Origin: Eledone cirrhosa
Taxonomy: Eukaryota
DNA length: 64,000 nt
Direction of reading: 5' to 3'
Assembly: GCA_964016885.1 (NCBI GenBank)
Contig: OZ024740.1
Coordinates: 223,572,001 to 223,636,000 of the forward strand
The position numbers and the translations under genes are program-made. Below, in pieces: positions 25,100-36,921 of the stretch (its first letter is position 1; each line of letters begins with the position of its first letter). The notes under the pieces are model-generated. The model did not search any database. It had not been told where the DNA came from and worked only from the letters and a program-made list of their open reading frames with translations.

Positions 25100-28080
25100 T
25101 GACGCCTGCCGTAGCGCAGTAAATCGCTTCGATTTCCGCCACCGGTCCAAACGGCATAACATCTCACGGGGCGAACTCCTCGCTCTCCGCTCCCTCCGTA
25201 GCCGAGATGACATTGTCATCAAACCGGCGGACAAGGGAGGCGCCGTGGTGGTGTGGTGCGCTGACCTCTTCTCGGCCGAAGCCCTCAGGCAGCTCCGTAA
25301 CCCCCTCTTCTACGGCCCTCTACCCTCCGACCCCACTCGCCTCTACCAACAACATGTTTCCTCCACCATCCAACACCTTGTCTCCTCCTCCCTCCCACCG
25401 ATTCCCACCTCATCGTCCGCACCCCCCGTACCCCTACTATCTACTTTCTCCCCAAACTCCACAAACCCGACAACCCCGCCGCCCCATCGTCTCCGCTTAC
25501 AACTGCCCCACCGAACTCATCTCCGCCTTTCTTGACTCCATCCTCGCCCCCCCCCCCCCCTCGTCACCACGCTCCCCTCCCACATCTCCGACACCAACCA
25601 CGCCCTTCGCCTCCCAACCGGCCCACACCCCCTCCTCTTCACCCTAGATATCAAGTCGCTTTATACTGTCATCCCCCACGCCGACGGCCTACGTGCCCTC
25701 AGGCACTACCTCGACCTTCGCCCCTCCCCCATCCCTTCCACCCCACCCTCCTTCGCCTCGCTGAGCTGGTCCTCACCCTCAACTACTTCTCCTTCTCGGG
25801 TGAGTTTTACCAACAGGTCACGGGAGTAGACATGGGTACAACAATGGGCCCTAACTATGCCAACCTTTTCGTTGGCCGTGTTGAGGCCCAAATCTTTGCC
25901 CAGTACACCGGCCCCACGCCCGAACTGTACGGTCGTTACATCGACGACTGTATCGGAGCCACGACCCTCACCCGAGAACAGCTCGACTCCTTTCTCTCCT
26001 TCTTCTGCTCCTTCCACCCCTCCCTCCACTTCACCACATCTATCTCCACCACCCACGTCCACTTATTAGACATCTCCGCGCCATCGACCACTCAACACCT
26101 CCGCCTTCTTCAAGCCCACCGACTCCCACTCCTACCTCGACTTCACCTCATCCCACCCAACACACACAAAACACTCTATGCCTTACTCCCAACTCTTCAG
26201 GATCGGCCGCCTCTGCAGCCGAGATGCTGACTTTGAGTCCCAGGCCCTTTCCCTAGTCAGCATTTCCTCCGCAGAGGTCCCCCCGTCCACCCCGCCCTCA
26301 CTCGCGCCCATGCTGTCCACCACTCCACCACCCTTACCCCACGCCACCGCACACCCACCGTCTCCCCTTCCCCGTCACCTACCACGCCTCCACCCTACCC
26401 CTCTACCGCACCATCCTCCGCATCCAGTCCGACCCCCTCTACCTCCCACATCTTCCCATCCCCACCCCTGCCCTCCTTCAAACGCGCACGCAATCACCGC
26501 ACCCTCCTCGTCTGCAGATCCATACCCACCCGGTTCCCTTCCCTGCTCCAGGCCTCGTTGCCACACCTTCCCCCACATCACCAACACCACCACCTTCCAG
26601 GGTCCCGACGGCCACTCGCTCTCTGCACCTCCTCCAACCTAGTCTATGAATTTCGCTACACGGAGTGCAGCGCAACCTACGTCGGACGGACTGGACGTCG
26701 CCTGGCAGACCGTTTCAATGAACACCTGCGAGATATTCGTCTCGGCGGCAATTCCCCCATCGCCCGCCATTTTGGCTCCCCTGGAGCCTCACAGTCTGTG
26801 GCCTACTTCAATGCCACGGAACATCAGCCACTCGCCTCACGGTCGAATAACGCACCATCTTCACCCTACAGCCCCACACACCCAACCACCACTAACCCCT
26901 ACTAACACACCCGCATTCAACCCTTTCCCTACAACCAGTGTACTAACACCCACTAACACCCCTTTACCACACACACACTCAGCCAAACACGCACACACAC
27001 TCACACAAGTACACTACACACCCTCCACTGTCCCCAACACATTTTCTCTCCATCTCTCCGCTCTATCTACACCCCTTCACACACATGCCACTAACACCTC
27101 TACTAATACACACCCCATCCCCCCACATGATCTCGTCCCCACTCCACCTTTCACACCTATCCATCCTCTCACCTGTCCACCGCACCTCCGCACACACAGA
27201 CACACAGTCCTCACCACACACTGACTTTCTACACCTGTCATTCTTCTCTATTGCTATCACTTCCTCCCGTCTTGACCCTTTGACCACTTCCTGTTGCGCG
27301 CGCACCCCACAGCTCCCCACTTCCGAACACCACAACCAACGAATTACACACCACCGATCAACGTTGCAGCTATCCACTCCATAACATGAATAGTATCCAG
27401 CACTCATCGCACATCCACAGAACTACCTTAGGAACTTACCCACGGACATACACTCACAATTAATTTCGAACCACGCCTCCTACATCCACACCACGTATAA
27501 ACACCAACACACACGTGCGTACCTCCAGTTATACACAATCAGCCTCTGAAATCCACCCCCACCCATCTGACCCCTCCGCCTCCACACCGCCCTACACGCA
27601 CTACACGCACACACCGCCCTACACGCACGCACACACCGCCCTACACCCCAACCACACACCTTTCCTGAACATAGAACCTCGTTCTTCCCCCAACTCTCGC
27701 ATTCACATACACACACGTACACCTACACACATACACTAACACCACCTTCTACCCTCACCGCTCGGACCCCCCGCCTCCCTCTCCCTACTCCACCCGCCAC
27801 CACTCCTACACGCCCCACACCCTTCCACCACTTGTTTATCTTTGTTTATTTCTATTTTTATTTGTACCCCTTCCACTGTTTTCCCCTCCCCCTTTTTTCT
27901 AAATGTCTCTCCACCCCTCCTCCACACACCCTCGGAACTCTGTTCTAATCCACTTTTCTCCTGAAGAAGGGTTTATGCCCGAAACGTCGTTCCCTACTCC
28001 CCACTCTCAAGAGCGTGAACCTAATAAACCTTTGTTTGTACTGCCTCTCTGTTTTTGCTCCCGTCCAAGTTTTTACTATA
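25100..28080 (+). mobile_element. Penelope-like element (Neptune-type) with frameshifted RT and GIY-YIG pseudo-ORF, long C-rich 3' region, hammerhead core at 27961-27988
   Basis: IVIKPADKGGAVVVW, LFTLDIKSLYTVIPH, YQQVTGVDMGTTMGPNYANLF, YGRYIDD, CSRPRCHT, CTSSNLVY..YVGRTGRRLADRFNEH. Confidence 0.92.
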
Positions 28081-28259
28081 CATATATATATATTTATATA
28101 TATACACACACACATATATATATATATATAAATATATGTATATATATTTATATATGTATATATATAGATACATATACATACATATATATATATATACATT
28201 GTATATGATAATTATCTTATGTTGTTTATTACATAACTAATATATATATATATATATAA

Positions 28260-29211
28260 TGAAAAATTGAACAGGGACAGAACAGAGAGGCAGTACGATA
28301 AATGTTTATTAAATTCACGCTCAGGAGAGTGGGGGGTAGGTGGGGGACGACGTTTCGGGCATAAGCCCTTCTTCAGGTGAGAGTACAAAAGGTGTGTAGG
28401 GGAGTGGTGGAGAGACATATAGCGAAAGGAAACGGTGCGAATGAAAAATTAACAAATAAAGACAAAAATATAATAAATAATAAATAAAAATAAAGCATGA
28501 TCAAAATACAAGGAATGAGAAAATTTAAAAATAAAGGCATGATCAAAATAAACTGAAATAAAAGGGGGGTAAACAGGTGGTGGAAGGGTGTGGGGTGAGT
28601 AGAGGTGGTGGCGGGTGGAGTGGGGAGAGGGAGACGGGGTGTCCGAGCGGGGAGGGCTGAAGGTGGTGTGTGTGGTTAGGCGTGCGTGTGTGTGTGTGTG
28701 TGTGTATGTGAAAGTGAGGGTTGGGGGAAGAACGGGGTTGCATGTTCAGGAAGGTGTGTGTGGGGGGTGTTTCTGTGGGTCGGAGGGTCTGTGCGTGTGT
28801 GGATAGGGGGGTGGGGGGAGAGGAATCAGGGGGCTGAGGGTGTAAATAAGTGGTGGGAAGCACGTGTGTGTGGTTTAAGCGTGTTGTGGGTGTGGGTGGC
28901 GTGTGGATAAAAAAAATTGTTTTGGGGTGTGTGTGTGGGTGAGTTATGTAGGTGATGGTGTAAGAGGATGGTTGAAAAGTGGTAAGTTACACGGATGTAT
29001 GGAGATTTTGGTTGGAAGTCAAAACGCGTGTGGGTAATCCAAGAAGCGGTGGTCGGAAGAGGAGAGATGTGGGGTGCGCGCGCAACAGGAAGTGGTCAGC
29101 AGTGGAAGTGCTGTGGTCAGTTGGTGCTGAGACAGTGGTCGGAAGGGCATAGCAGCAGTCGGCGGAATGGTAGGGAGGCGAGGATGGGTAGGTGTGAGAG
29201 TTGGAGTGAGG

Positions 29212-29246
<35 letters not shown>

Positions 29247-29800
29247 TAGTAGGGGTGTTAGTGGGATGAGTGAGTGTGGAGTGGGGAGAGAAGGGTGTGT
29301 GTGGTTCTATGGAGGGAGTGTGGTGTACTGGTGTGTGTGTAGTTTGGTGAAAGGTGTTAGTGGGTGTTAGTATACGGGAGGTGGGGAGGGGTGGAATGCG
29401 GGTGTGAGTGGGGGTGAGTGGGGGTAGGGTGTGTAGAGTTGGTGGTGTACGAGGGTGTGTGGGTACGTGTGCGTGGGGTTGGAGGATGTTAGTGATGTTA
29501 GTTGCGTGTGGGGTGGGTGGTGTAAGTGGGTGCGTGTGTGCGTGTGATAAGGAGGGGGAGGAGGAGAAGAGGGGAGGGAAGGGATGTTAGTATGTTAGTT
29601 GGGGAAGGGTGGTCAGATGAGGGGTGGAGTGGAGGTGTTAGTATTGTTAGTGTGGGGTGGGGGTGAAAAGGAGGGGTGTGTTAGTGGTGTTAGTGGGGGA
29701 TAAGTGTGGGGGGGAGGGGGCGGTCGAACGCTAAAGGAATAAGGGTGGGGAGTTCAGGCCGGGGGAAGTGTGGGTCTGAAGGATGAAGATAGTACGTTGT

Positions 29801-29805
<5 letters not shown>
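28260..29805 (-). mobile_element. Inverted, diverged 5'-truncated sibling of the C-rich PLE (end of ORF, 3' region, hammerhead core at 28349-28376)
   Basis: G-rich mirror of about 26843-28080; 29771-29804 matches the ORF end near 26843; CUGAAGA-A-GGGCUUAUGCCC-GAAACGUC on minus strand. Confidence 0.82.
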
Positions 29806-29834
<29 letters not shown>

Positions 29835-29908
29835 TTATAAACAACATAAGATAATTATCATATACAATGTATATATATATTTATATATGTATATATGTAT
29901 AGATACAT

Positions 29909-29939
<31 letters not shown>

Positions 29940-30001
29940 CATTGTATATGATAATTATCTTATGTTGTTTATTACATTATATATATATATATATATATAT
30001 A

Positions 30002-30536
30002 TGAATGTAAAAGAGAGATAAACACAGATATATACATATATGTGATCAAATCGAGTAAACTTGGTTGCTATTTTTAGTGGTATGAGTTTCTAAGACTCGC
30101 TAGGTTAGGTTCTGATACCATGTGCGTTATTGTATATACGCGCACTATTCAGTTTTCTGATATACTTAGAAGTGAAGAGTTTACTAATTTTACACCCACT
30201 GATGAGCAATAAGAATTGGTAATTCTCTTCACAATTAAATTGCGAAACAGCTTCACCAAACGCTGTCTGGGTGTCTGGTAGTTGCCACAATTCCGCTTTG
30301 TATTTACTTTCTTGATTCATTCTTTAATTGAGTCTGGCAAACCCTTTGGTCCATAGTTAGTATATTTTTCACCTTAGCGAATCTGGTCCCTTAAGATTTA
30401 AACACATATATGTATATATCTGTGTTTATCTCTCTTTTATATTCAATTATAATATACGGCTCGGAAAAAATCACTTCCCTTGCGCTATTTAATTGTAAGA
30501 GACTATCTTGCGTTTCTAACTCAATATATATCTTTG

Positions 30537-30537
<1 letters not shown>
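30002..30537 (+). mobile_element. PLE-type solo pseudo-LTR with 43-bp inverted 5' tail
   Basis: 30002-30044 inverts 30403-30445; homologous to 38881-39330. Confidence 0.8.
30192..30274 (+). ncRNA. Canonical type I hammerhead ribozyme
   Basis: Stem I ACACCCA/UGGGUGU, CUGAUGA, stem II GCAAU/AUUGC, GAAA, stem III ACAGC/GCUGU, GUC site ending at 30267; all core bases intact. Confidence 0.92.
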
Positions 30538-30603
<66 letters not shown>

Positions 30604-30606
<3 letters not shown>

Positions 30607-31620
30607 TTCATCATCTACATTAGTGACATTACTGATATCATCAAGCACAGCGACATAAACATATTTGCAGATGATGCCAAGCTCCAGAATGTCATCAATG
30701 AGGTGGGTGACTGGACTTGCCTTCAGTCCAACCGACTGGCTGTTATCCAATGGGTGGAAAAGTATAATATGCTGCTGAATGAGGATAAATTCGAGTTAAT
30801 CCACTTTGAAAAAGAGGATGCCCTGAAACTCCCATACTCTCTTCCTTCAGGTGAAACTCTCATGGCATCCAACTCCATCGGAGATTTGAGAGTAATTGTG
30901 GACAACAACATAAGCTGGGCTACTGTGTTCCTGGATTCCTGTCTTCCTGGATTCTCAGAACCTTCCAGTCAAGAGATATCCACACTGTTATCCTTCTCTT
31001 CTTCAATTTTGCCCAACCCCACCTTCAATACTGTTGTCCACTGTGGTCTCCCCACACGAAACAAAGTATCATGAAAATTGAAGCAATTCAAAGGTCAATT
31101 ACAAAAAATATAAATGGCATGACCAACTTTGACTATTGGAGTCGATTAGAAAAGCTCAACTATTATTCTCTCCAACGTCGCCGTGAGCGCTACATTATCT
31201 GCATGATGTGGAAAATATTCCATCAGCATTGCGCAAATGATGTTGGCATCACCTTTAATGTACACCTAAAGCTTGGGCCCCGTGCTATCTGCCCACAACA
31301 AAAAATCTCACTCGCATCTCATAACAACAATACGGCACAATAATTTCACCTCAATTGGCCCCGCTCTTTTTAACATTACACCAAAACACATTAAAACAGA
31401 AAGAGTCCCCATAAAGTTCAAGAAGTCTTTGACAAATTCCTTCAAGAAATCTCAGATAAACCTTCTACACCCAGATATGTCCCCGTAATCAATAACTCAC
31501 TACTTCAGTGGGCTATGGTGTCCAAATCCTGATTCGAAAGACTCTGCCATGTGGTGCTATTAAGTCAGATATGGCCTGGGCCAATACCGGCGGAAACCTA
31601 ACAATGTTATCGAAGTAAGT
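30604..31620 (+). mobile_element. 5'-truncated CR1/L2-group LINE (RT C-terminus and 3' UTR)
   Basis: FIIYISDI..IFADDAKL, LNEDKFELIHF, KIEAIQRSITK..DYWSRLEKLNYYSLQRRRERY; frameshifts. Confidence 0.88.
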
Positions 31621-31721
31621 TATATATAAATACATGCATACATACGTAGGTACATACATACACATACATACATACATACATACATACATACATACATACA
31701 TACATACATACATACATACAT

Positions 31722-31930
31722 ACATGGTTATCAACTGCCACTACTCTCCTCATTCCCCCCAAAAGCCAGACATCCCTTGTTAAAAATTACCGCCCAATAG
31801 TCTGCCAGAACATCACGTATAAATTATATACTGGGTGCCTTAATCTGTTCTTACAGGATCATTGTGCCACCAACGAAATTATTACACCTGAGAAAGCTGG
31901 TTGAAAGAAGGAGGTGTGGGCTTGCATTAG
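31722..31930 (+). mobile_element. RT N-terminal fragment of an R4/Dong-like non-LTR element
   Basis: WLSTATTLLIP..KNYRPIVCQNITYKLYTG..DHCATNEIITPEKAG*KKEVWAC. Confidence 0.65.
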
Positions 31931-31939
31931 GAAAAAAAC

Positions 31940-32500
31940 AGAGTGTAAGGGTAATAAGATAATGTACTTAGAATTAGGTTCATCTGTTAGAGATCATGGG
32001 TGCTAATATGAGATATGTAGATATAATTGTTTGGTCCGAAAGAATAAACAACGGCGAATGCTAGATTAATTTATGGGCTGCCATGATAAATGGTAGATGT
32101 TTGTAGATATTACTGCCCCATCTTGGTGATATAGATGTAGGGAGGCTGGAAGATGTTTATAAAAGATTATGGTTCTGAGGTGGGCTGTGTGAGAATGCGG
32201 ATTTCATACGTTAAATTCTAAGTGATTTTCCATTAAATTCGGGGATGCTGGTTTGAATCACGGTTGTTTAAATCTCGTAAATTTAGTAGCAATCCTATGT
32301 CTGCAGAACATTGACTTATCTCTTTTGCTGTTAAGCAGCATTTTATCGTACCTTAAGATATGTAGCAATTCAATGTTGCAGAGCCCGCAATGGGACATAC
32401 CGCTGCTACAGGCCTTTGTATCATATCACTTCGATTACCATGCTAGTTTTATCATTTTATCATTATATTCCATTTCTCACTTATATTGATGTTATTAATT
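31940..32500 (-). mobile_element. PLE 3' fragment (GIY-YIG C-terminal region plus downstream sequence)
   Basis: Minus strand about 32280-32450: CSSGMSHCGLCNIELLHIL..LLNSKRDKSMFCRH resembles the CNLC..EK..I..LLNKR.E....CRH end of Penelope-type ORFs. Confidence 0.6.
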
Positions 32501-32945
32501 TAACTATTCAGTATCTAGTTATTTTGTTATTGATATTATTGTTCTGGTCTAATACCACTCCTCTCTAAAAGCCATGCCTTGTATATTATCCTCACATTCG
32601 CTCGCTCTGATGAATTAACTGGTTATAAACAAAGTATTGGAGTTCGATTGACGCAACATCTAGCGATTAGCGAACTCTAGACCTACCAGATCAAAGAAAC
32701 AATTGTCAGCAATGTGAATAAAGCCCTTATTGTACAGACAACCATATTACTCTTATCTCTTGAATTATTATTACTCCAAGTATAACCTACATAGAAATCA
32801 CCGTGAACTCGCTGCATCACTATGAAAACGTCTTGTCGTGTCAAACTAAGCGATACTTTAATACCATCCACAACACGGAGTACTCTAACTGGACTACATC
32901 TAGTTGGATTGCCTATAACGATAACTTCTTATCCTGTATATATAT

Positions 32946-33215
32946 TGTGGTTAGAAAAAGCTACTGCACTTACCGCTTATCACTGGCACCGCTAATCCAA
33001 TGGCTGGCTTCTCTCTCCCACGTGCGTACAATCCAACTCGTTAACCGGGAGCTCCAAAACTGACATCCATCACGTTCGCTCACCACCCTAGAGAGAGGCA
33101 GACCTGCTGGCCGTTCCGGTCGAGCACCCTTCCGGTCAAGCACCCTTCCGGTCAAGCACTCTTCTGGTCGAGCACTCCCCAGCCTCTGGCCACCGCACAC
33201 CACACCATACCCACA
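32946..33215 (-). repeat. 3' LTR (270 bp), preceded on the element strand by PPT aggggggcg (33216-33224)
   Basis: tgtgg...ccaca termini; direct repeat of 36922-37173; four internal 16-bp units. Confidence 0.92.
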
Positions 33216-33239
33216 CGCCCCCCTGATCTCAAGGATCAA

Positions 33240-36076
33240 TTTCCCCTTCGTCCTGCTGCATATGAAAGTCTGCTGTCCAGGTTGGTGGTTTGCAACTTAT
33301 TTGCGATCTCCGCAGTGTTGGGGAGGCACTTTGAGTTACCTCTTCCACGGAGTCCGTTGACACAGTAATTGTACGGACATCCAGGACATGACATGGTACT
33401 CCGTCCACGGACACATTGTTCTAGGAATTTACGGCCGTCACCGTTCCCTTTTCCCATTGAGATGTGCCACGTACATCTGGGGGCTTAACCCAGACTTCTT
33501 CGCCCACCTGCACGCATGCATTCTCTCTCTCCACTGGCCGGTGTGGTGGCGTTCACGGGTGCCGCCACTCGTATCTGTGTGGCACCGATTCCTCAACCTG
33601 CCCCACCCGAGGAGATATGTTGTACCAGAACACTGCCTCTATTGGTGAGATGTGGCCCCGCTCCGCCATTGCTTTGATCGTCCGGTGGTGTCGCTCCACG
33701 ATTCCATTTCCGTTCGGCCTGTGCATTGCTCTGAAGAAACGGTCCACCTTCCATCCATCGAGCATCTCCCTCAGCGCCTCCGAGCAAAACGCTGCGCTGT
33801 TGTCCATCAGCAGTTCGTCCACAGGGCCCCGCTCCAAGAACACCTCTCCCAACGTCCGCGTGATCTCCTCGGCCGTTCCAGTCTTCATCTCCCTCCATAT
33901 CGCCATCCGTCCCGGTCCACAGTCGACCATTGAGAGGTATGTTCCTTGTCGGTTAGCGTGTTACATCCGCCGCCAATTGCATCCAGTCGCGATCCACCGG
34001 GAGGCTTCCCGTTTCGTGCACACCCGGGGTGGGATCAATGGACTGACATCGGTCGCAGCCTCTAACCACTCTTTGAACACTGTGTCTGCTAACGTCCGAG
34101 TCGATTCTCCTGGCTAGGAACAGAGTCCTATCCACCCCCATGTGGTGCATGTCATGCAACCCTTTCAGATCCGACTCGGTCAGTCGAGACACGACAGCTA
34201 TCTCCTCTTCTACATCCTCCGGCGCTTCCATCCAGGCTTTCTTCACCCTGGTTAAAACGTCCGCCCTATTTTTCTCTGAGGGCACGAAAACTACGCTCAG
34301 CCTCAGGTCGAACTCGGTGGCCAGTTCTCCTAAAGTTCCCAGGTGGTGCTTTATCAGCATCTCCGCCGCCCCTCTCGTTCGCACTCTCTTCTCACTGGTG
34401 AGCACTGATCTCACCCATCCGAGTACAGTAGCCGAGTCGGTGCGAATCTCGATGGTGCGCAGACCCCACTTCAAGGCGAGGTTCACCCCTTTCAACACCG
34501 CGTCCAGTTCGGCCACATTGATGTGGTTGCAATCATCCTTTTTCCTAAGCCAGGCTGCATCCTCAACCTCAACACCACCTATCTCCAACGTGACACCTAG
34601 CGCTATGCTGATGGCATCGCACCATACGGTCCCGCTCTGCGATTTGGGAACATACCAGCGTCCCGGCAATGGGTCGTCGGCCTTCACCCTCTCCACGATC
34701 TCCTGCATCATGGCCACCGTCCTCTCTCCCACTCTGTCACTCCAAGTCACCCCTCCCGCTCGTCTCTTGACATAGCTGCATGCCGTCCGGAGCCTCCCAG
34801 CAATCGGGTAGTGACCAACCAACTTTTCACACGCCGAGAAAAGCTCCCGCCTACTCATATATGGGCCCAGTTCTGGAACTTCATTTCCCCTCTGGAATAC
34901 TAACACGCCCGTCCTGTCTCGCCGTAGCCTAAGTCCCAGCGCGGCTCCTCCCTCCAACCCTTCTGACGGCTACGCAGCAAGTCCATACCCCTGTAAATGG
35001 CTCGTGACCTCCGCCGCCGACTATACAGACCCGTCCACTAGGATGTCGTCAATGTAGGAATTAGTGGCCCTCTTCATCTTGTCGTCCTTTCCCAGAATGG
35101 TCTTGAGGACCGCCGCCATTATCTTCGGTGCAGAGCTCAGCCCGAAACCGAGCCTGGTCAGGCAATATGTCCGGCCCTTATACCTGACCAGCTGATACTG
35201 CCAAAGCTTCTCATCTACGGGTAATTGTAAGTATGCCGACTTTAGATCGACGATTGCGGAACCCCCCGTCATGCGTTTCCACTAACGCAGGGTTTCCCCA
35301 CAGACATCTGTGACCTCGCCACCCGTGTGGCATGACACGTGCTCGTTCAGCTCCCGAAAGTCCAGTACCGGCCTCACCTTGTTCTTCGTGGGTTGCGCCA
35401 CCGCCATTAACGGCAATACTCCGCACTTCACCCCCTCTTTCCAGGGAAGCAATATGCTCTCCTCAATCCATCTCTCTACCTCTCGCTCGAACTCGCTCCT
35501 AATGTCTCCCTTCAATGTGTGTTGATAGCAGCCCACTTTGGTCTTCAGTGTTGGTGGTTCTCCCTTCCAGTACCACTCAACAACCCATCGTTTCCCATTG
35601 AACACGGCCTTGAAGTCTTTGTCCTGTACAGTGTAAGCGGGATATTTCTCCTCGCGGGCCTTCTGGTTCTCGTGTCGCGTACTCACAGTGCATACCGATG
35701 CGACACCGCCAAACGACACACCGACGTTGTTCACTGAGACACCTCCTAGACGGCCAATTGCGTCCATGCCCATAAACAGGCCGATCCCATCCACCACGTT
35801 GTCGACTACGATGGCAGAAAGCCTTATTTTCTTTCCCCGTACCGCCATTACCACCTCGCTGCAACCTGGGCATTCAATTTTCCTACCGTCGACTGCTCTT
35901 ACGCTGCTTTTCCCTCTACACCTCTGCGCCAATCCCGCGGTCATCAGTGTTGTCGTACAGCCCGTGTCCACGAGGGCTCGCTGTTCCTTTCCCCTCACGA
36001 CGACCTTCACCACGGGCAGCGTCTCTACTCGTAAGGGGCAGCTACCGACGCAGTAGTTCCCCTTGGATCGTTTCCC
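33240..36076 (-). pseudogene. pol: pol polyprotein remnant
   Basis: Protease ALVDTG; RT RPVLDFRELN, DLKSAY, RLGFGLSSAP, YIDD; RNase H WCDA..HINVAELDA..TDS; integrase HDMHHMG..CDRC, MDNS, NGIVERHHRTIK. Confidence 0.92.
36019..36076 (-). promoter_or_regulatory. -1 ribosomal frameshift signal (slippery heptamer plus predicted pseudoknot)
   Basis: G GGA AAC in the gag frame; the -1 frame runs open into the protease; stem AAGGGG/CCCCUU starts 5 nt downstream; loop GCGUC can pair with downstream GACGC. Confidence 0.75.
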
Positions 36077-36767
36077 TGGTCGCAGCTAGTAGCGATGTGG
36101 CCTGGTCGCTTACACCGGTAGCATATTTTGTCCGGCCTTGACTCTCTACAGTCTCTCGCCCTGTGCGGGCCTTGGCACCTAAAACAGCCACCTCTAAACG
36201 TTCGCGGGCGACCGCGTGCGGTGGTTGCCTCCCTTTCACCATTTCGCTGCCGGCTGCCTTGGGCCTCTGTCATTGATATCACCGCGACACTCTCTTGGCA
36301 TCTTCTGCTATGATGCGGGATTGCTCCACCAGTGCACGCATCTCCATTTCCTTGTAACGCGGACTTGCTGCAGTTTCACCGCTTTGTCGTCTGGAAATCC
36401 ATTTATGAACGCCAACCGCACCGTGCGTTCGCATTCCACCTGATATCCAGCCAATATGGCCAATCGCCGTATTTCCGCTGCGAAAATGTCAACGCGTTCA
36501 CCGTTCGATCTAATGCTTGCCAGCTTAGCAAAAGCGGCTAACGGTCATTCCGCGAACGCTTCCATCATACGCCTCACAATCTTTTGCGCACCCTTTGGCT
36601 GTGTTCATCCATCTTTGGGAAGAGTGCCAACGCATCCCCTTCGAGGTACAGTGCCATGAGGCCAGCCACATCTTCTATCTTCTGTAAGCTTACGAACAAC
36701 CGGACTTTTAGAAACCAGGCGCAACATCGCCTTCACCGGTAAATGCTCTAATCGCTTCTCCGCCCAT
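36025..36767 (-). pseudogene. gag: gag remnant with two CCHC knuckles
   Basis: MGGEAIRAFTGEGDVA..LYLEGDALA; CFRCQGPHRARDC and CYRCKRPGHIATSC. Confidence 0.85.
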
Positions 36768-36909
36768 TCGTAATCTCGTCGCAATATCCTTATTTTGTCC
36801 TGCGGTAAGTAATAAAAAAACAGACTCCTCTCTGTTTTTCCAGTAGCTTTGTTTTCGAGAAAGTTCTTTTTTTTTTTTTTTTTTGATCAATTAGATATCA
36901 ATTTCCAGT

Positions 36910-36921
36910 GCCGAAATAGCT
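36910..36921 (-). promoter_or_regulatory. Atypical primer-binding site complementary to nt 1-12 of tRNA-Phe(GAA)
   Basis: Plus strand GCCGAAATAGCT directly abuts the LTR; equals the recalled 5' end of metazoan cytosolic tRNA-Phe. Confidence 0.65.

Noticed and set aside
32602-32666. CUGAUGA..GCAAC-AUC with stem I UCGCU/AGCGA
   Set aside because: GAAA box mutated to GCAA and stem II weak; not called functional.
33464-36056. Long plus-strand ORFs (217, 211 and 122 aa)
   Set aside because: Antisense shadows of the GC-rich pol frame.
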